20,000 nt of DNA from Chiloscyllium plagiosum. Its lineage: Eukaryota. Position 1 is the first letter of the stretch; each line of letters starts with the position of its first letter. Below are positions 11,431 to 20,000 of this stretch, one piece after another. The translations under genes were made by a program, and so were the position numbers. The notes under the pieces are model-generated. The model saw nothing but the letters and a program-made list of their open reading frames with translations. It was not told the origin of the DNA and ran no database searches. The stretch is taken from the NCBI RefSeq assembly GCF_004010195.1, contig NC_057718.1, positions 102,547,687 to 102,567,686 on the forward strand. Reading direction: 5' to 3'.

Positions 11431-12099
11431 CTGCTGGGTTGGTCATGTGGTTCTCATGGAAGGATCCAGGATAGTAAAGGCATACAGTACAGCCAGCTGG
11501 GCTCAGGATTCCACACTGCAAGATATTCCAAACTGGGGTTGAAAGCCAATCTGAGCTTTGCATTTTGGATCCTAGAACATCCAAAAAAAACAACCTTAGA
11601 CAGACCCAAAAGCAAAATCTACGTTTAGGTTGAACAGAGTCCAGTGACTTCAGGAGAAGAGCGTGTGGCACAAAGCCAGTGTCTCCATCTGTCGCACAAA
11701 CACCAACTTCATGTGCAGTGGTTGCATTCGTTAAGTAAATTGAGACTTGGTGTAATGTCATATGTGAGATGACATCAACCTTGTCTGTAATCCCTTTTCA
11801 CCTTTTTGCTGAACAGACATTCATTGAAATGATGGAGAATCCATTAATTAATTAAGTATATTTAAGTGGTCATTGGCATTCACGTTTGAGAAAGCCATGA
11901 ATTGAGGGGTAAGCTCAATAAATGTCAGATTGCCTTTGACTGATGAAGCAAATGGTCTTTCAGCTTAATGAGCAAATGCCTCGAATGTTCAGTTGCTTGC
12001 TGAATGATCTTAAACATTCTGTTACACGGCTGCATGATTCATATTGACTGCTCATCTCTGCTTAATTGAGTTATGCTCAAATGTAACTCCAAAAGCAAC

Positions 12100-12340
12100 A
12101 GCTCAGTACTGAGGGAATGCTGCATTTTTGAAGTTGCTGTTACACGGATGGAATACCACTACACTATTTGAAGAGGACTAAGTTCTCCTGTTGGCTTGAT
12201 CTGCATTCCTCCTTCCAGCATGATCAAAACATTGTCCCTTGTTTGTGTTTGGGGATATAGCTATATGTCTGTGCTTCACAAATGATCAAGATATATTGTA
12301 AAATGTGTTGAGGATGTGAAATGCATGATAGAAACATCAG
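12100..12340 (+). mobile_element. DeuSINE (SacSINE1-like) remnant
   Basis: 'cagtactgagggaatgctgca', 'cactatttgaagag...agttctcc' and 'gaggatgtgaaa' occur in the order recalled for the Deu domain. Confidence 0.6.
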
Positions 12341-12383
12341 TTTGTGTCCATACATTAATTTGGTGATCCCTGTATCTTTCCAG

Positions 12384-12398
12384 AAATGCCTCACTATG
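12384..12398 (+). other. Candidate 15-nt microexon or alternative upstream exon of ppp3r1 (KCLTM)
   Basis: tccctgtatctttccag|AAATGCCTCACTATG|gtgagg: pyrimidine tract with CAG, strong donor, frame-preserving length, ends in ATG in phase 0 with exon 2. No transcript evidence is available. Confidence 0.4.
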
Positions 12399-12614
12399 GT
12401 GAGGTGATATTCAATTTTTGTTCTTGTATTTTTAAGCTTGTAGCTAGGCCCAGTTAACCATGTGCCTCCAGATGTCTGCTTTTTTGTGTGTGAAAATCAT
12501 TGCTGAATCTAATCTTCGATGTATATCAATGAAGGCATAGTCACGTTTTTCTTTATAAACCCAGACAATTTGGAGCCTAATGGCAACCTCTTAATAGAAA
12601 TTACAGAATGATAG

Positions 12615-12675
12615 CGAGCAAACCCTCCAACTCTGGCAATATCTTTGTAAATCATGTCTGACCCCTTTCAAGTCT
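12615..12675 (-). mobile_element. Short CR1 fragment
   Basis: Reverse-complement homologue of 10853-10900 (LERVQKRFT..LPGLEG). Confidence 0.6.
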
Positions 12676-13369
12676 CATAATTGCAGAACTATTTTGAACT
12701 TATGACTAAAGTTTTGACAACATCCAAAAAAATGGTTATGCACCACGCAAGCATATTTGATAGATCATTCGGGAATTCACTTAGCCATATGCTTTTGTTT
12801 TCATAGGTCCAGTCATCAAGACTTGTTAAGTTATTTTTCTGAGATTATTACACACTTGATGTAACTGCAATCTGCCAACTTCTATGAACAACAACCAGAA
12901 TTTCATTAGCAAATACAGTACAAACTTTGGAGAAACTCTTGACACTCTTCACCATGCTTGCGAAGCGTGTCGAGAGTTCTCTCTGAACAAAGGAACAGTC
13001 CTTCCTTTATACAAAATCTTTACAATCAGTAATGCCCACAAGACAACCTCCAGCCACTTCCCCACAGTCACATGCCACTCGATACAATGCAGTGACCACA
13101 TCATCTCCAGAAACCGTGTAATGTAAATAACCCGTAATGGTCAAATCTGTTGCAAATCGTTCTTTAGCTACAGGGAGTAGTCAAAATTCCAACTGTAATG
13201 TTCTTATTGATTTTGAATAAGATGATACAAATGTAAATTATCTCTTAATAATAGTAAATGTCTCTGAATGGCAAGGGATGGGAACGTAACTTCCTTAGAA
13301 TCTACCTGTAAGTCAAAGGCATCCCACCCTGGTCTCGGGACATCCAATTTCCTGCAGGTCAGCAGAGCA

Positions 13370-14035
13370 AATTATAGCACAGAAAATCAACTTTTGGCGC
13401 ATTGTTTTTGACCTGCACAGATGCAATCACCTAATTATACTAGTCTCGTTTTCCAGGTCTTGACCGTATAACCTCTTAATGAGAAAGTGTATAAGGCATG
13501 AGTGGGTCAGGAAAGAGTTAAGTTTAGGGTTGCTTGACAAAAGGTTCAGCTAGCATGACTGGAGGTGCTAGAGGCAAGGGTAGTGGGTTGACGAGGTGAA
13601 AAGCCATTTAACAAGGTTACGATCATTCATTGTATAACACCAGATGGCTTAATCTCTACTGTTGACACTTGCTGCTTGTAACGGTAACCCAATCAATATA
13701 GGTGTTGCCTTATTTGGATGCTCTTCCCTGTACTTGACTATATATTTCCTCAAGAATCTGCTGTTTGAAAGGAGACTGAGAACTCATGTCTCTGTGCACA
13801 TGGGCGATTGTTTTCTCTCCCTCCAGGGTCCAGAAGATGAAGGAATTAAAACTATACTGTGTCTCTGAGCATTTTGCTTCAACTGATATGGGAACAGGGA
13901 AACAGGACGACAATAAGCCTTGCATTGCAGGTACCCATCGGAATACCACAAGTGTTATAAGTTTCAGATTCTCATCACCCTCTGCGTGAAAACGTTGTTA
14001 CACTCATCTCTAAATCTCTGCTTTTCCCTTAAAGT
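13370..14035 (-). mobile_element. Old CR1 3' end split by the LTR at 13488-13912
   Basis: 'cagattctcatcaccctctgcgtgaaaa...ctctaaatct' resembles the reverse complement of the CR1 segment 'RFFTQRVV..WN'. Confidence 0.4.
13488..13912 (+). mobile_element. Probable solo LTR, copy B
   Basis: Starts TGT and ends ACA. Shares blocks with 8529-9010 ('ttgtaacggt', 'ggatgctc.tccctgta', 'ctgtgcacatgggcgat', 'ctgagcattttgcttc'). TATA-like motif near 13740 and ATTAAA near 13845. Confidence 0.6.
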
Positions 14036-14074
14036 GAGAACTGGTGTTGAGGGAGAGTGCCAACTTCAAAGATA

Positions 14075-14075
<1 letters not shown>

Positions 14076-14137
<62 letters not shown>
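14076..14137. repeat. (AC)31 microsatellite
   Basis: Perfect dinucleotide run seen directly. Confidence 0.99.
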
Positions 14138-14139
<2 letters not shown>

Positions 14140-14318
14140 ATCTGACTTCCCATCACAACAGACCTCTGCAGCATCTTGTAGGTGGCTGCATGCTGATGGT
14201 CATCTGTCTCCCAGGTGCTGCAATGACCTCTTCACAGCTCTTGGATAACAAACTGGAATCCAACAGGGCATTGTGGAATTAGAGGGTACTGTCTGGTACT
14301 TGGTGTAATTACATGACC

Positions 14319-14727
14319 TGTAACATTCATGGTAATTGTGATGACCAAGAGGATACTGACGCCTTGAAAGGGAACCTTATGCTGAGAGAAGCAGGAGGAA
14401 TTTAAGTCAAAGTGGGATGACTTTGAACAGAGAGGTGTCCTTATTGTAAGATGTGACCACTTGACCCCTCACAGAAGGGGATATATAAGTCCTGCGATAT
14501 ATTGGCAAGCTTTAGCACAAGCTCTCTGGGGACAACCAGCAATCTTTGGGTGTGTAAAACCTGTGTGAATTCCTGCCCCAAAAGCTTAGTTGGTCAGGGA
14601 AGACATCTATATCAATGAAGAGTTCATAATCTGAAACTCTGTTTCACACCAGAGAGCTGGTTCTGGCACGCAGCTCCTGCATCTTGCATTTTTGGGGAGT
14701 ATCCAGCCCTGAATGTCAGATTTAACA
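14319..14727 (+). mobile_element. Possible solo LTR of an unrelated family
   Basis: TGTAAC...TTAACA termini about 410 bp apart with internal TATATAAG near 14482. No TSD and no second copy. Confidence 0.25.
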
Positions 14728-14960
14728 TAGCTTTTAACACATTGTTATTGGAGAGCATGATTTCCTTCACAGTTCAGTGGCTGGCTGTATGACCTAAAAT
14801 GAGAAGGGATATTTGGTGGCAAGTAAGAATGATCTGTGTGCCGGAAGAATTTGTGGCTATTTAAAAGTATGAATATTTTGGTGGACATCTGATTATTGGG
14901 ACTACAATGTAGACAGCCAGAAGGCTGGAAGAACACAGCAAGCCAGGCAGCATCAGGAGG

Positions 14961-15163
14961 TGAAAATGTGTTGCTGGAAAAGTGCAGCAGGTGAGGCAGC
15001 ATCCAAGGAACAGGAGAATCAACGTTTAGGGCATAAGCCCGAAGAAGGGCTTATGCCCGAAACGTCGATTCTCCTGTTCCTTGGATGTTGCCTGACCACC
15101 TACGCTTTTCCAGCAACACATTTTCAGCTCTAATCTCCAGCGTCTGCAGACCTCACTTTTTCC
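14961..15163. mobile_element. Head-to-head inverted dimer of the hammerhead mini-element (80-bp arms, 6-nt loop)
   Basis: 14961-15040 is a near-perfect reverse complement of 15047-15126. The + strand core is CCGAAGA-a-gggc/ttat/gccc-GAAA-cg-TC (15039-15066). A related fragment lies at about 14912-14960. Confidence 0.9.
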
Positions 15164-15331
15164 TGTAAAGTATTGCCTGTTTGGTGTTTAACTGGATATG
15201 AAGGTGCAGGTTAGATTTCTTTTATAAAGGCAGGTTAAGGTTTTTGAGATATTTTTTAAAATTTCTACAATGATTGTGTACAACAGATTTGGGCAAGGGA
15301 GTGAAATAGTAGCAGCACAACAAGAGGGCGC

Positions 15332-15407
15332 CCTGTCTCTCTGCCTGTCTCTCTGCCTGTCTCTCTGCCTGTCTCTCTGCCTGTCTCTCTGCCTGTCTCT
15401 CTGCCTG
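15332..15407. repeat. (CCTGTCTCTCTG) x6.3 minisatellite
   Basis: Six perfect 12-bp units plus a partial unit. Confidence 0.97.
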
Positions 15408-15699
15408 ACGTAATGTGTTTTTATGGACCTTTTGATCAACTAGCACAATCTTGGTCCCATAGGTGCTCATTAACAAAAATATCAAAAACTTGTTCCTTGT
15501 TCATGCTGATTTTACATTTTATTTTTATATTATTGTTTGCATTCTGGTAACAGGAAAATGAGAATCTAAGTGGTATAGAGAAGGCTTGTTTGGAGTGCAA
15601 ACACTGGCGTAGACCTATTGGTCCAGTTTTTTGCCTCTGCTTCAGCACATCTGAACTCACTGATGCACATACAGTGGGCAGGATCCCTTCCTTCTGCAT

Positions 15700-15995
15700 C
15701 CATAACATTTTGATTGTGTGAACTCATTGAAGTTTTTGTTATCTCATTTGGTGTTCTCCTGGTTGGCTTCCATCTTCCAAACCGCCATACAGTTGAGCTC
15801 AGCCAAAGCCCTGCTGCTAGCCTCCTCAACCATTTGTTGTTCCTCCCCTATGCTTGAGTAAAATTGGCTCCTTTGTTTTAAATTTCTTGCTCTTGCTTTA
15901 GATCGTCTATTGCCTCGCCCTTGTCTATCTTTGTAACCACTTCCAGACCTATAACCTTCCAGGATTCTGGGTTCCTCCAATTCTAGCTTCTTGCC
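15700..15995 (+). mobile_element. Old L2-clade LINE fragment (ORF2 C-terminal region)
   Basis: 'ttgagctcagccaaagccctgctgct...attggctcc...tttaaatttctt...gcctcgcccttgtctatctttgtaaccacttccag' resembles decayed L2 'LQ..QN.AAR...LHWLP...FK.L...GLAP.YL..LL'. Confidence 0.6.
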
Positions 15996-16500
15996 TTAAT
16001 AGCTATTATTTATGATGTTAATTGATTTAGCATTCAAATTGTCACACCCTCAGGTGGTGCTACCATCGTGGAGTTTGGAATCCCAAGTGGGGTCATGAGA
16101 TCAGAGATAAATGGCAGCTCACACCAACTTACAACAGATGTGCTCCTCTAAATGCCAATTGCATAACTTGAGGCATTGCAGCAAAAAATGTCATGAATTG
16201 TAAAGGATGAAAAAGAGAAGAATTTTACTTGCAAATGCTGTAATTTCAAAGGCACAGTCTATTTAACTTATGGAAATTTGACTTTAGTGTTCTTAGATAT
16301 TGATTGAAGTACTTGTATGTTTAAAGTAAGCATGTATGGTAGTTGATTAAAATAAAAATATGCTTTACAAGTACTGAGCTGTTTACTATGCATTCACTTC
16401 TGGCTAGGCAAAGATATTTAAAAAACCTCAGCCACTCAAAGCATGCTGAACTGCATTAATTTGCTTTTGAGTTTAATTTATAAACTTTGATCTTTTTCAG

Positions 16501-16540
16501 GGAAATGAAGCGAGTTATCCCCTTGAGATGTGCTCACACT
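16501..16540 (+). CDS. ppp3r1: Coding exon 2 (40 nt) of calcineurin subunit B type 1; start ATG and downstream exons lie outside the window
   Basis: Acceptor ...actttgatctttttcag| and donor |gtaagt. Translation GGA AAT GAA GCG AGT TAT CCC CTT GAG ATG TGC TCA CAC T gives GNEASYPLEMCSH(F), matching the vertebrate CnB1 N-terminus MGNEASYPLEMCSHFD. Phase 0 / phase 1 boundaries match the recalled structure in which exon 1 contributes only the ATG. Confidence 0.96.
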
Positions 16541-17291
16541 GTAAGTAGTTACTCTATTTAAAATAGGTTTTCTATTTGTTAACATTTGTTTTACTTAGAT
16601 ATATATTTTGTGGTATACATCTTTGTGATGCATCATAAGCACCAACTTCTAGGTGGTTTGTGATCCTGGAATGCTGAGGAAATTTTAGACAGGTTTTTAT
16701 TCCTTTGCTGTCAGGTGAATAATAGTTTTGGAAGATGAACATTCCTGAATCGTACCCTTTGTCCATTGAATCTATACTGGCCAAAAACATGTAGGCAATT
16801 CTGCTATGATGTGGTAGTTCCATTCTTTTGCAATTCTGTGTTATAAGAAAATTGCGTAATAACAGCACCATTTAAACTGGTGGGTCCAGAATCTTGTTAT
16901 AACCAATGCATGCTTAAAGATTTGCGCTTTATAAATAGTGTCCCAATTCATCAATTGTGTTAGTGAATTTGTGTTAACAAAACATGGGTTACAACAGAAC
17001 GACATGCACTAGACTCATAGTCTTAAGTTACCTAGAGGTAACTTAACCAGTGTTTGTCCATGTTTTCTGTAAACATCTCCCTGCTATTGGTTATAGTGTC
17101 CTTAGTGCAGTAATTATCTTTCCAGGCCAGTTCTCACAGTAGACATTTATCTTTGCTGTCTCTGAGTTAATTGGTCTTTCATTTTGTGGATTTTATGACA
17201 ATAAATCTTTCTTTAACATCATGTTGCAGTTTCAATTTATATAGATTGCTGTGGTTTTGTGGCATTGATTTGACGAATGAGAACTACTTTT

Positions 17292-17630
17292 GTTCTTGTG
17301 TGGGATATGGGCTATCCCTAATTGCCCTTGAACTGCATGGCTTAGTACACCATTTCAGAGGGCAGTTAAGAGTCAACCACATTGCTGTTGTCAGATCAAG
17401 TGTGGGCAGTAGGTTTCTTTCCTTATAGAACATTAGTGATTCAGATTTTTCATTTTTACAGAAGTCAATGATAATTGTCATGGCCATCATTTTTGAGGTT
17501 AGCTTTATATTTGATTGAATTTAAGTTCCAGTAGAAATTATTTTAGAGTTGAGCCAGTGCCCCAGAGTATTAGCCTGGCCCTCTAGGTAACTTAACCAGT
17601 GACATTAGTACTATGTCACTAACTTCCCCC
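17292..17630 (-). mobile_element. tRNA-derived SINE, distinct from HE1
   Basis: The minus strand starts ggggaagttagtgacatagtactaatgtcactgg (degenerate A box) and has body 'caatgtggttgactcttaactgccctctgaaatgg...ttcaagggcaattagggat', recalled as a common shark SINE. Confidence 0.75.
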
Positions 17631-17750
17631 ATTTAATGTCTCAGTGAAGCTTATTTAAAAACTGATTTGATTTGATTAATTTTATTCATTCATTAGAAAC
17701 ACAGCATCGATGAAATAGATAAATTTATCTGACAAGTTTCACAGATCAGT

Positions 17751-17848
17751 TCTCAGAATTGCTCATGAGTACCCTTTTGACGAGAAGAGCTCTCACGCCT
17801 GAGTCACCTTCACGTCTCAGGTATTGCTCATGAGTACCCTTTCGACGA
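17751..17848. repeat. Two 33-34 bp direct repeats separated by 31 bp
   Basis: tctcagaattgctcatgagtacccttttgacga (17751-17783) and tctcaggtattgctcatgagtaccctttcgacga (17815-17848). Confidence 0.9.
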
Positions 17849-17929
17849 CTCAGATCTTTTTAAATATTACCCTCCCGTATCCCCAAGCAATTTTGTACTT
17901 AACATCTCATGTTGCTCAAGCAGTGACTT

Positions 17930-18020
17930 GAGAAAAGTGAGGACTACAGATGCTGGAGATCAGAGTCAAAAAGTATGGTGCTGGAAAAGCAGGCAGCATC
18001 CTAGGAGCAGAAGAGTCGAC
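17930..18020 (-). mobile_element. Mini-element fragment of the 11024/15047 family lacking the ribozyme core
   Basis: Colinear with 11026-11111 ('aaagtgaggact.caga..tgg.gatcagagt...ggtgctggaaaagca...gcatc...gtcgac'). Confidence 0.85.
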
Positions 18021-18231
18021 TATGACTCAACTTCTGCAGTGTCAACTTTAACCCAGATTCCCCTCAGACTGTCTCCTGATTTTTCTTTGCACTTACTTTC
18101 TATTTGTCATACTGTAACTTTGATGTCTGATGATTTATGGTCCGAGTCTCTGCCATTCTGATTTAAAATGAAGATTTGTTGGGGGTGGCGTTGATGCATG
18201 CTGGATCTTCTATGAGAGCAGTCTGTAGCAT

Positions 18232-19022
18232 AAATAAGTGCGAGGTGATGCATTTTGGGAAAGCAAATCTTAGCAGGACTTATACACTTTATCGTAAGGT
18301 CCTAGGGATTGTTGCTGAACAGAGACCTTGGAGTGGAGGTTCATAGCTCCTTGAAAGTGGAGTCGCAGGTAGGTAGAATAGTGAAGTAGACGTTTGGTAT
18401 GCTTTCCTTTGTTGGTCAGAGTATTGAGTACAGGAGTTGGGAGGTCATGTTGCGGCTGTAGAGGACATTGGTTAGGCCACTGTTAGAATATTGCGTGCAT
18501 TTCTGGTCTCCTTCCTATCGGAAAGATGTTGTGAAACTTGAAAGGGTTCAGAAAAGATTTACAAGGATGTTGCCATGGTTGGAGGATCTGAGCTACAGGC
18601 AGAGGCTGAACAGGCTGGGGCTGTTTTCCCTGCAGCGATGGAGGCTGAGGGGTGATCTTATAGAGGTTTACACAATCATGAGGGGCATGGATAGGATAAA
18701 TAGAAAAAGTCTTTTGGGGTCAGGGAGTCCTGAACTAGAGGGCAGAGGTTTATGGTGAGAGGGGAAAGATATAAAAGAGACCTAAGGGGCAACCTTTTCA
18801 TGCATAGGGTGGTACGTGTTTGGAATGAGCTGCCAGAGGATGTGGTGGAGGCTGGTAAAATTGTAGTATGTAACAGGCATTTGGGTGGGTATATGAATAG
18901 GAAGGGTTTGGAGGGATATGGGCCGGGTGCTGGCAGGTGGGACTATATTGGGTTGAGATCTGGTTGGCATGGACGGGTTGGACCGAAGGGTCTGTTTCCA
19001 TGCTGTACATCTCTATGACTAT
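18232..19022 (+). mobile_element. CR1-clade LINE 3' end (about 790 bp, frameshifted ORF2 C-terminus)
   Basis: KCEVMHFG...LVRPLLEYCVHFWSPSYRKDVVKLERVQKRFTRMLP...RVWNELPE. The tail 'gggtctgtttccatgctgtacatctctatgact' is shared with the HE1 SINE tail. Confidence 0.95.
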
Positions 19023-19595
19023 CCGATTCGGTTCAAATATCAAAAGTAGTACGTAACCACAACTTACCTTCACCCACTTCTTCTATGCAACTGTTTTAGG
19101 ATATTTGAAAATATTCCTCAGAAATGATGACATAATGTTGGCCAATTTGACGATTCGCATGTTGACAATAAAACTGTCTTTCTGAAAATACATTTTTAAA
19201 AAAAAACTTGTAATATCTTTTAGACAGGATCAAATTTGAAATATGAGCCTCTTTTCAACTTTTATTCCATCTGACTCTTGCCAGCATCACCAACCTATTC
19301 CTTTGTGGCACCCACTGAAACACATAATTCCATTTATGTCAAATGCAACCTAGCATGTTTGACAAACTGTGGTGGAAATGGCCCTACTCTACAGCAATTT
19401 ACAGTTCGTGTTGAGATATAGATCAAGCATGATCTAACAGGTTGGCAAAACAGGCATGAGATACTAAATGGCTGCCTCCTATTCATAGAAACATAGAACA
19501 TAGAAAAAAAATACAGCGCAGTACAGGCCCTTTGGCCCTCGATCTTACGCCGAACCAAGCCCATCTAACCTACACAAGCCCACTATCCTCCATAT

Positions 19596-19690
19596 TCTGG
19601 ATCAGTGGTGCTGGAAGAGCACAGCAATTCAGGCAGCATCCGAGGACAGGCAAAATCGACGTTTCGGGCAAAAGCCCTTCATCAGGAATA
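19596..19690 (-). mobile_element. 95-bp hammerhead-bearing mini-element with a perfect 11-bp TSD
   Basis: TSD atcctccatat at 19585-19595 and 19691-19701. It interrupts the CR1 3' region. Confidence 0.9.
19655..19688 (-). ncRNA. Minimal type I hammerhead ribozyme with a fully canonical core
   Basis: Minus strand: ttc-CTGATGA-a-GGGC/tttt/GCCC-GAAA-cg-TC-gat. Predicted cleavage is between 19658 and 19657; stem I is only about 2 bp in this context. Confidence 0.85.
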
Positions 19691-20000
19691 ATCCTCCATA
19701 TGCCTATCCAATGCCTGTTTAAATGCCCATAAAGAGGGAGAGTCCACGACTGCTACTGGCGGGGGCATTCCATGAACTCACGATGCGCTGAGTAAAGAAT
19801 CTACCCCTAACATCTGTCCTATACCTACCACCCCTTAATTTAAAGCTATGCCCCCTCATAATAGCTGACTCCATACGTGGAAAAAGGTTCTCATGGTCAA
19901 CCCTATCTAAACCCCTAATCATCTTGTACACCTCTATCAAGTCACCCCTAAACCTTCTTTTCTCCAATGAAAACAGCCCCAAGTGCCTCAGCCATTCCTC

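Larger units (their letters stand above)
19484..20000 (-). mobile_element. CR1-clade LINE 3' end of a second subfamily; runs off the right edge
   Basis: GLFSLEKRRFRGDLIEVYKMIRGLDRVD...RFFTQRIVSSWN, with a (ttctatg)n terminal repeat at 19484-19505. Confidence 0.93.

Noticed and set aside
11354..11761. 135-aa minus-strand ORF
   Set aside because: No recognisable domain, partly overlaps a CR1 tail, and is antisense to the host gene; likely chance.
9011..13487. Internal region of a full LTR retrotransposon between the two LTR-like repeats
   Set aside because: No gag, RT or integrase motifs, PBS or PPT are visible; the LTRs are strongly diverged and share no TSD.
14057..14248. ORF with a THTHTH run
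   Set aside because: It is the translation of the (AC)n microsatellite.
15188..15485. ORFs with RQRD/QAER repeats
   Set aside because: They are translations of the 12-bp minisatellite.
17751..17848. CRISPR-like repeat-spacer-repeat
   Set aside because: Only two imperfect repeats, no cas genes, and a vertebrate intron context.
18468..19018. Host protein-coding ORFs (also 10792-11094 and 19719-19982)
   Set aside because: They are CR1 ORF2 C-terminal fragments without splice structure.
16541..20000. ppp3r1 exon 3 (DADEIKRLGKRFKKLD...)
   Set aside because: Not found by reading the sequence; it presumably lies beyond the window.

Overview
AT-rich, CpG-depleted, repeat-dense eukaryotic DNA, most likely from a shark or other elasmobranch (inferred from HE1-type V-SINEs, DeuSINE remnants and CR1/L2/Penelope-like elements; all family names are recognised from memory, not from a search). 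The only clear host coding sequence is a 40-nt + strand exon at 16501-16540 (GNEASYPLEMCSH), exon 2 of calcineurin B (ppp3r1). The rest of the window is therefore probably introns 1 and 2 of that gene, and most ORF-track entries are spurious or decayed transposon pieces. Main points of interest: (1) about 7 minimal type I hammerhead ribozyme motifs, carried by Penelope-like element ends and by 95-200 bp non-autonomous insertions, some with target-site duplications (TSDs); (2) in the freshest Penelope end the ORF reads through the ribozyme core and stops in loop II; (3) a 1.9-kb inverted Penelope insertion with a 14-bp TSD; (4) a candidate in-frame 15-nt microexon (KCLTM, ending in ATG) that would remove the N-myristoylated Gly2 context of calcineurin B; (5) small templated or fold-back insertions.
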